Origin: Planctomycetota bacterium
GTDB lineage: Bacteria > Planctomycetota > PLA2
Assembly (NCBI GenBank): GCA_027297745.1
Contig: JAPUHK010000024.1
Span: forward strand, 994-64,993
Direction of reading: 5' to 3'
Length of the DNA: 64,000 nucleotides
Shown: piece by piece, positions 59,082-64,000 of the stretch
How positions within the stretch are numbered: position 1 is the first letter of the stretch
Layout: every line of letters begins with the position of its first letter
The notes under the pieces: generated by a model
The model's database searches: none
The model's input: only the letters and a program-made list of their open reading frames with translations
Told to the model about the DNA's origin: nothing
Made by a program: the position numbers and the translations under genes

Positions 59082-61156
59082 CGCTTTTCTTCCTTCGCGC
59101 CCCGGCGGAACGGGTTCTCGTCCTCGCCGTGGCAATCGGCGCACCTGCCCCCCATCGGGCGATAGCGGATGAAGTCTTTACCGTTCTCGCGAACTGGTAA
59201 ATGGCAGGCGGAGCAGGCCAGGGGGGTGTGGGCCTCCCCGAGCTGGAAGCTCGAGTCCAGGTCGTGGCGGAAGCTCAGGTCCGTGAAGGCCGCAGCGGCA
59301 GGCCTGTGGCAGCTCCGGCAGTCGGTCAGCCCCTTCACCTCGAACTGCCCGGCATGGGAATCCTGGTGGCAATCCGAGCAGTGGCCGCCCTTGGCGCGGG
59401 CCCAGGTGCGCCCGGCCTCGTCCGGCTCCCGCAGGGGGGTGTGGCAGTCGGCGCAGTCGACTTTCTTGTGCTGGCCGACCAGGGCGAAGCCGGTCCAGCG
59501 CTTGTGGTCGAAGCCGTTCGGGAAGGTCCGGAACGAGCTCTCGCCGTGGCAGCGCTCGCAGCCGGTCTTGCCCTTGAAGGTGCGCGGCATGCCGGGCTTG
59601 TCGAAGTCGTTCTTGTGCGGATCGATGTGGCACGTGTCGCACCCCTCGTACACGCCGAAGCGATCCGAGACGCGGCCGAACGTGCGGCCGAAGCGGTCGG
59701 GTTCCGGGGTGCGCGGGTGGCAGGCCTCGCACTCCTCCTGCGCGTGGGCCGCGACTAGCGGGAACCCCGTCCACGGGCCGTGGTCGAAGGCCTCGGGCGG
59801 GATGTCCCGGAAGTCCGTGGCCAGGTGGCAGTCGGCGCAGCGGCCGTACGTGCTCGCCGATGTCTCCGGCGCGAACTGCTCGAAGAACCCCTCGTGCGGG
59901 TCCGGATGGCATCCGGCGCACTTGACGGGAGTCCCGTGGAACACGCGCGGGCTGCCCTCGATGGGCGCCGCCTCGTGGCACGCGTTGCAGTCGGTCTCGA
60001 TATGGCTGCCGATCAAAGGCAGGGACGTCTCCGCGTGCATCTCGACGCTGAAGATGTGCGGCTCGAAGTAGAGCGTCCCGTGGCAGGCGACGCACGCGCC
60101 GCTCTTGAACGAACCCTCGCCGAACTGGCCGCCGTGGGGATCCTCGTGGCACGCGGCGCAGTCGTCGGCCGCGCGGGCCGGGTAGCGGGCCTTGAAGTCC
60201 TCGTGGTTGAGATCGTGGCAGTCCGCGCAGCCCACTTCGTGATGCGGATCGGTGAGCGAGAACCCGGAGCTTTCGTGCTGCTCCACGGTCATCTCCCCGA
60301 GCTGCCTGTCGTTCCAGGTCGTGTGCTCCGCGCGATGGCACACGTCACAGGCGGCGCCGGTGGGGCGGGAGACCTGCAACGCGACGCCGTCGACGAAACC
60401 CTCGGCGTGCGAGTTCGCGTGGCAGTCCACGCACATGCGCGCGGCCGGGGCGCGATTCTCGCCTAGCGCCTCGAGCGTGTAGGGCTCGTTCGCGTGGCAG
60501 GAGCGGCACTCCATGTTGCTGTGGCCGCCGATCAGCTGCAGGTAGTCCTCGTGGCCGCGCGACTCCAGCTCCGCCCAGGCGCGTTGCCCGTGGCACTGGA
60601 CGCAGCTCAGCGCCGCGTAGCGGCCCTCGTGCACATCCCCGTGGCACGTCGTGCACTCCTGGTCGAGCCCGATGTAGCGCGTCGCGCCCTCCGGCAGGAT
60701 CTCGATGTTCACCTGCAGGTGGCACTCGTTGCAGGCCAGCTCGATGTGCCGGCCGTCCATGGGGAAGCGGATCATGTTGTGGTCGAACTCCGCCGGGTCG
60801 GGCACGCCCGCGGCCGCGAAGCTCTGCCGGTTGACGATGGCGAAGCCCGCGCCGTGGTGCTCGCTGTGGCACAACGCGCACAGCATGGCCTTGTTCCCAA
60901 TCACGCCGTGGAGTCCGTTTCCGGCGGCGATCTGCGCGTCGATCGTCTTGTGGCACTCGAGACACGCATCCGACATGCTCAGGAACAATCCGCCGTGGCA
61001 CGCGGAGCAGCTCTCGCCGCGGTTCAGGTCGCCCACGCGCGCGTGGACGGCCGTGACCTCTCCCGGTGACTTGCGCCCGAGGTGGCCGATCACGACGTAG
61101 AGCACCGCCGCAGCCGAGGCCAGGCCGATCCAGAGGCCGGGACGTCCCAGCTTCAA
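59078..61156 (-). CDS. Membrane-anchored 23-heme c-type cytochrome.
   Basis: N-terminal signal-anchor (LWIGLASAAAVLYVVIGHL). 23 CxxCH motifs counted by eye in 692 aa, about one per 30 residues. A TTG start overlaps the upstream stop codon. Confidence 0.85.
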   Translation of the reverse strand: MKLGRPGLWIGLASAAAVLYVVIGHLGRKSPGEVTAVHARVGDLNRGESCSACHGGLFLSMSDACLECHKTIDAQIAAGNGLHGVIGNKAMLCALCHSEHHGAGFAIVNRQSFAAAGVPDPAEFDHNMIRFPMDGRHIELACNECHLQVNIEILPEGATRYIGLDQECTTCHGDVHEGRYAALSCVQCHGQRAWAELESRGHEDYLQLIGGHSNMECRSCHANEPYTLEALGENRAPAARMCVDCHANSHAEGFVDGVALQVSRPTGAACDVCHRAEHTTWNDRQLGEMTVEQHESSGFSLTDPHHEVGCADCHDLNHEDFKARYPARAADDCAACHEDPHGGQFGEGSFKSGACVACHGTLYFEPHIFSVEMHAETSLPLIGSHIETDCNACHEAAPIEGSPRVFHGTPVKCAGCHPDPHEGFFEQFAPETSASTYGRCADCHLATDFRDIPPEAFDHGPWTGFPLVAAHAQEECEACHPRTPEPDRFGRTFGRVSDRFGVYEGCDTCHIDPHKNDFDKPGMPRTFKGKTGCERCHGESSFRTFPNGFDHKRWTGFALVGQHKKVDCADCHTPLREPDEAGRTWARAKGGHCSDCHQDSHAGQFEVKGLTDCRSCHRPAAAAFTDLSFRHDLDSSFQLGEAHTPLACSACHLPVRENGKDFIRYRPMGGRCADCHGEDENPFRRGAKEEKR

Positions 61157-63378
61157 CTTTTGCCCCCGAAGAAGAAGGGGTAGTACGCGAGCGCGTAGAC
61201 GATGTGGATTACCACCAGCAGCACCATCAGCGCCGCCATCCAGCGGTGCAACCAGCGCCAGGTGCCGAGCACCGCGCGCAGGTCCTCATAGTGCGCCGCC
61301 ATGAGCGCCGTGCGGTGTGCCTTGCGCGCGAGCTGCATCGTTTCCTTGATCTGCTCCTCGTCGATGCCCTCTTCACGCCCTTCGTCCTCCAGGCGTGTGA
61401 GCAAGCGCTTCAAGCCGCCCCGGCCGGTCAGCATGGACAGCACGCGCCCAAGGAACCCCGAGCCCCATTGCTTCTTCTCGATCAGCTCATCCACCGCGCT
61501 GCGCGCCCGTTCGCGGTACTCCCGTTGGCCCTGGTCCCACTCCTCGGACATGCGGCCGAGGCGGGCCTTGACCTCCTGCAGCTCCAGCTCGCGTCCGTTC
61601 GCGGCGCGCGGCACGCAGGCGTAGAAGTAGCGTCCGATGGCGCCGGTGACCAACAGCACCGCCAGCGCCCAAAAGGCGTGCCCCGCGACGGTGTTGCCGG
61701 GCGCCATGGCGCCGTGCAGCGTCGCCAGCAAGAGCGCCAGGATGCCCGTGGCGACGTGGCTCGTCATCCAGATCTGCAGGGAGCCGACGTTGAGCCGGAA
61801 GCGCGGCGAACGCCGCACCAGATAAAGGAGGTTCACGAGGATCAGCGCGGTCGCGCCGATGCCCAGCCACAGGCCGAGGCCGAGGCCCGGGCGCAGCAGC
61901 GCATGCTTCGGGTGCGCGGCGCGCGCGGAGGCCGGCAGGCCGTAGTAGTCCGCGTGCACCATGACCCAGACCAACGCGGCCAGCGAGAGTGTGAAGCCGA
62001 TGCCGAGCGCGTGGACCAGGCCCGTGCCCTGCTCGCCGAGCTGGGGCGCCGCCTTGCGCAGCGACGGGTCGAAGGACACGCCCGAGCGTTCGAGCAGCTC
62101 CAGCGGCGCGCTGCCGCCCGCCATCACGAACACCTCGTCGTTCGGCAACGTGCGCGTCGCCGTGCCGTAGCCGCTCTGCACCGTGAGCTCGACCGAGTCC
62201 GGACGGATCGCCCGCACTTCGCTGTTGAACAGGACCTCGAGCTTGCCCTCGCGCAGGCATTCGTCCAGGCGCTCCTGGTTCTTGGGTCGAATGCGGAAGA
62301 AGCTCTCCTTGCGGTACGAGAGCGTCACCTGGTTCCCCGGTTGCTCCGCGAGACCCATGGCCGCCTCGACCGCGCTGTCGCCGCCGCCGACGACCAACGT
62401 GCGCCGGTGCTGGTACGAGTGGGCGTCCAGCAGGCTGTAGGCCACCTTGGACAGGTCTTCGCCTTCCACGCCGAGCTTGCGCGGCGAGCCGCGGCGGCCC
62501 ACCGCCAGACAGACGTTGCGCGCCGTGTAACTGCCGGTCTTGGTGCGCACGACGTAATTGCCGTCGTCGTCCCGGCTAAGACCCACGAACGTCTCCTGGG
62601 AGCGGATCGGCAGCTGCTGCTCCTCCGCGATGTGCGCCCACAGCTCGACCAGCTCTTCCTTCGTGTAACTGGACTTCAGGCGGCCGTAGAGCGGCAGGTC
62701 GACCGGCTGGCTCATGATCAGCTTGCGCCGCGGGTACTTCGCGACCGTGCCGCCGGGCCCGCTCTCCTGGTCCAGCGTCACGAACTTCAGGCCGTGGCGC
62801 TTGGCCTCGAGCGAACACGCCAGGCCGGCGGGGCCGGCGCCGACCACGCACAGGTCCAGCGTGCCGTTGGGGTTGGGCTCGTGCTCCAGGCGCCGCGCGA
62901 CTTCGCCCGCTACGGCCGTTCCGTGGTCGACGGCGGTCTTGATCAGCGAGTGCGCGGTCACCTCACCCGCGAGGAACAGCCCGGGCGAGCCCACGGCCTC
63001 GAGCTGTTCGGTCAGGACCGGGATGTCCCGGCGCTCGGCGATGTCGCTCAGCGTGACCTTGATCGCGCCGACGGGGCACTCGCGCTCACACAGGGCATGG
63101 CCGACGCAGCGCGCGCCGTGCACGACCATGGCCTGGCCGTGCACGAGCTTCAGCACCTGGTCCTCGGGACAGACGTCGACGCACGTGCCGCAGCCCAGGC
63201 AGCGGGACAGATCGACGACGGGTTGGGCGAGCTGGGCCTTGTCACTCCCCTGACGGACCGCCTGCTCACGGTCGCCCAGCGCGCGGCGCATGCGCCGGAG
63301 CTCCAGGCGCCGCGCGATCGCCACCATGAGGGATAGGCCTAGGGCGACTACGACTCCAATAAGGAGGGGCCAACTCAT
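61153..63378 (-). CDS. Membrane-bound fusion oxidoreductase: N-terminal TM helix + 2x[4Fe-4S] ferredoxin + FAD/NAD(P)-binding (TrxB/GltD-like) domain + C-terminal polytopic domain with His-bearing TM helices (putative cytochrome b).
   Basis: CLGCGTCVDVCP and CVGHALCERECP. Rossmann motifs VVGAGPAGLA and VVGGGDSAVEAA. Five or six C-terminal TM helices with conserved His (MVHADYYG, TSHVATGILALLLATLHG, GHAFWALAVLL, VVIHIVYAL). GGAG ribosome-binding site before the ATG at 63378. Confidence 0.75.
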   Translation of the reverse strand: MSWPLLIGVVVALGLSLMVAIARRLELRRMRRALGDREQAVRQGSDKAQLAQPVVDLSRCLGCGTCVDVCPEDQVLKLVHGQAMVVHGARCVGHALCERECPVGAIKVTLSDIAERRDIPVLTEQLEAVGSPGLFLAGEVTAHSLIKTAVDHGTAVAGEVARRLEHEPNPNGTLDLCVVGAGPAGLACSLEAKRHGLKFVTLDQESGPGGTVAKYPRRKLIMSQPVDLPLYGRLKSSYTKEELVELWAHIAEEQQLPIRSQETFVGLSRDDDGNYVVRTKTGSYTARNVCLAVGRRGSPRKLGVEGEDLSKVAYSLLDAHSYQHRRTLVVGGGDSAVEAAMGLAEQPGNQVTLSYRKESFFRIRPKNQERLDECLREGKLEVLFNSEVRAIRPDSVELTVQSGYGTATRTLPNDEVFVMAGGSAPLELLERSGVSFDPSLRKAAPQLGEQGTGLVHALGIGFTLSLAALVWVMVHADYYGLPASARAAHPKHALLRPGLGLGLWLGIGATALILVNLLYLVRRSPRFRLNVGSLQIWMTSHVATGILALLLATLHGAMAPGNTVAGHAFWALAVLLVTGAIGRYFYACVPRAANGRELELQEVKARLGRMSEEWDQGQREYRERARSAVDELIEKKQWGSGFLGRVLSMLTGRGGLKRLLTRLEDEGREEGIDEEQIKETMQLARKAHRTALMAAHYEDLRAVLGTWRWLHRWMAALMVLLVVIHIVYALAYYPFFFGGKS

Positions 63379-63435
63379 GCCTTCACTCCGGCCTCAGTGC
63401 TATGCCCTCCTGCCCGACCTCCCAGACCCGCCCGT

Positions 63436-63978
63436 CTACTTGCCGCCGGCGCTTCGCGCCCTGAGCTCCCGGTCCCGGGAGCTGCCGCTGACGTTCATGG
63501 ACGTGGCCTTGCGTCGCGTCTCGCCCTGGCTGAAGGCCGGGGCAGGCGGGCCCTCGACGGGCTGGGCGGCGCTCACGGGCAGGGCGGCCGACTCGACATA
63601 CGCGCGAGCAGCCTTCAGGCAGGCGTCGAACTCGCCGTCGAGATCAGAGACCCGCTTGGCCAGCGCGCGCGCTTCGCCCTGGATCTCGGACACGGCCACG
63701 GGGTTGAGGTCGTTGCCCAGGAAGAGCGCGTGGTCGCGCAGGCTGTTGTTGACCGCATCATAGGACGCCAGGGCGGGCTCCGCGGCCGCGACGATGGCGT
63801 GGTAACGCTCGCGAGTCTCCACCAAGCGGTTGCGGCTGCGCTGGCGCAGCTCCACGCTGCTGATGTCCTTGAGGTCATCGGCCCACTGATCGAAGACCGG
63901 ATCGCTCGAGTCCTTCATGTTCTCGATGCTGTCCCGAAGCTTTTCGGCCTGCTCCTCGGAGTTCTCGATGGCCGTCAT
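63436..63978 (-). CDS. Hypothetical protein (coiled-coil rich), possibly N-terminally truncated by the window edge.
   Basis: 180-aa track ORF ending 57 nt upstream of the oxidoreductase gene. No family recognised. Confidence 0.4.
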   Translation of the reverse strand: MTAIENSEEQAEKLRDSIENMKDSSDPVFDQWADDLKDISSVELRQRSRNRLVETRERYHAIVAAAEPALASYDAVNNSLRDHALFLGNDLNPVAVSEIQGEARALAKRVSDLDGEFDACLKAARAYVESAALPVSAAQPVEGPPAPAFSQGETRRKATSMNVSGSSRDRELRARSAGGK

Positions 63979-64000
63979 GAACTCCCCGTAGGCCGTAACC

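Overview
This is a 64 kb, very GC-rich (~70%) chromosomal segment from a diderm (Gram-negative-type) bacterium. The evidence for a diderm is the outer-membrane beta-barrel protein, the lipoboxes and the many signal peptides. Phylum cannot be assigned from sequence alone, but the gene content (multiheme cytochromes, archaemetzincin, ECF sigma factors, Kelch lipoprotein) is reminiscent of Myxococcota, Gemmatimonadota or Acidobacteriota. Almost every gene is tightly packed and many neighbours share ATGA, GTGA or TGATG start/stop overlaps (translational coupling). No rRNA, tRNA, CRISPR array or transposase was seen. In coordinate order the window contains: (1) a minus-strand regulatory island encoding a PDZ protein, an ECF sigma factor, an anti-sigma factor and three tandem paralogous secreted PDZ/HEAT-repeat proteins, with an FHA-GAF-PP2C phosphatase gene divergent from it; (2) a secreted archaemetzincin and a zinc-ribbon rhomboid protease; (3) a large Fe-S cluster biogenesis cluster (rhodanese, two SufU-like scaffolds, sufT, sufS, sufD, sufC, sufB, an Rrf2 regulator with a palindromic operator, iscS/nifS, A-type carrier), with apbC and a Bfd-like [2Fe-2S] protein further on at 32–36 kb; (4) an 11-gene complex I-like operon nuoABCDHIJKLMN that lacks the NADH-oxidising module nuoEFG, carries a long low-complexity tail on NuoB, is followed by a co-transcribed unknown gene, and is preceded by a divergent extra nuoB paralog; (5) accessory genes including an ECF sigma factor fused to a transmembrane helix and HEAT-like domain, a Kelch lipoprotein, an exo/endonuclease/phosphatase (EEP)-family lipoprotein, an unusual lipoprotein joining a ~26-Cys Cys-Gly repeat to a CxxCH (cytochrome P460-like) domain, a class I flavoprotein disulfide reductase, DUF488, a radical SAM protein, a decayed rlmN pseudogene, and secreted or stress proteins (TPR, DinB, VOC, CAP/SCP, serine hydrolase, and an SOD-fold protein interrupted at a G7 run); and (6) the most striking locus (53.5–63.4 kb, minus strand), a five-gene predicted extracellular electron-transfer conduit. 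Its genes, in transcription order, are a membrane-anchored [4Fe-4S] ferredoxin / FAD-NAD(P) oxidoreductase / multi-His transmembrane fusion, a TM-anchored 23-CxxCH cytochrome, an outer-membrane beta-barrel, a periplasmic heptaheme cytochrome and an 11-heme lipoprotein cytochrome. All calls come from reading motifs and translations by eye and from family knowledge; no database search was run.
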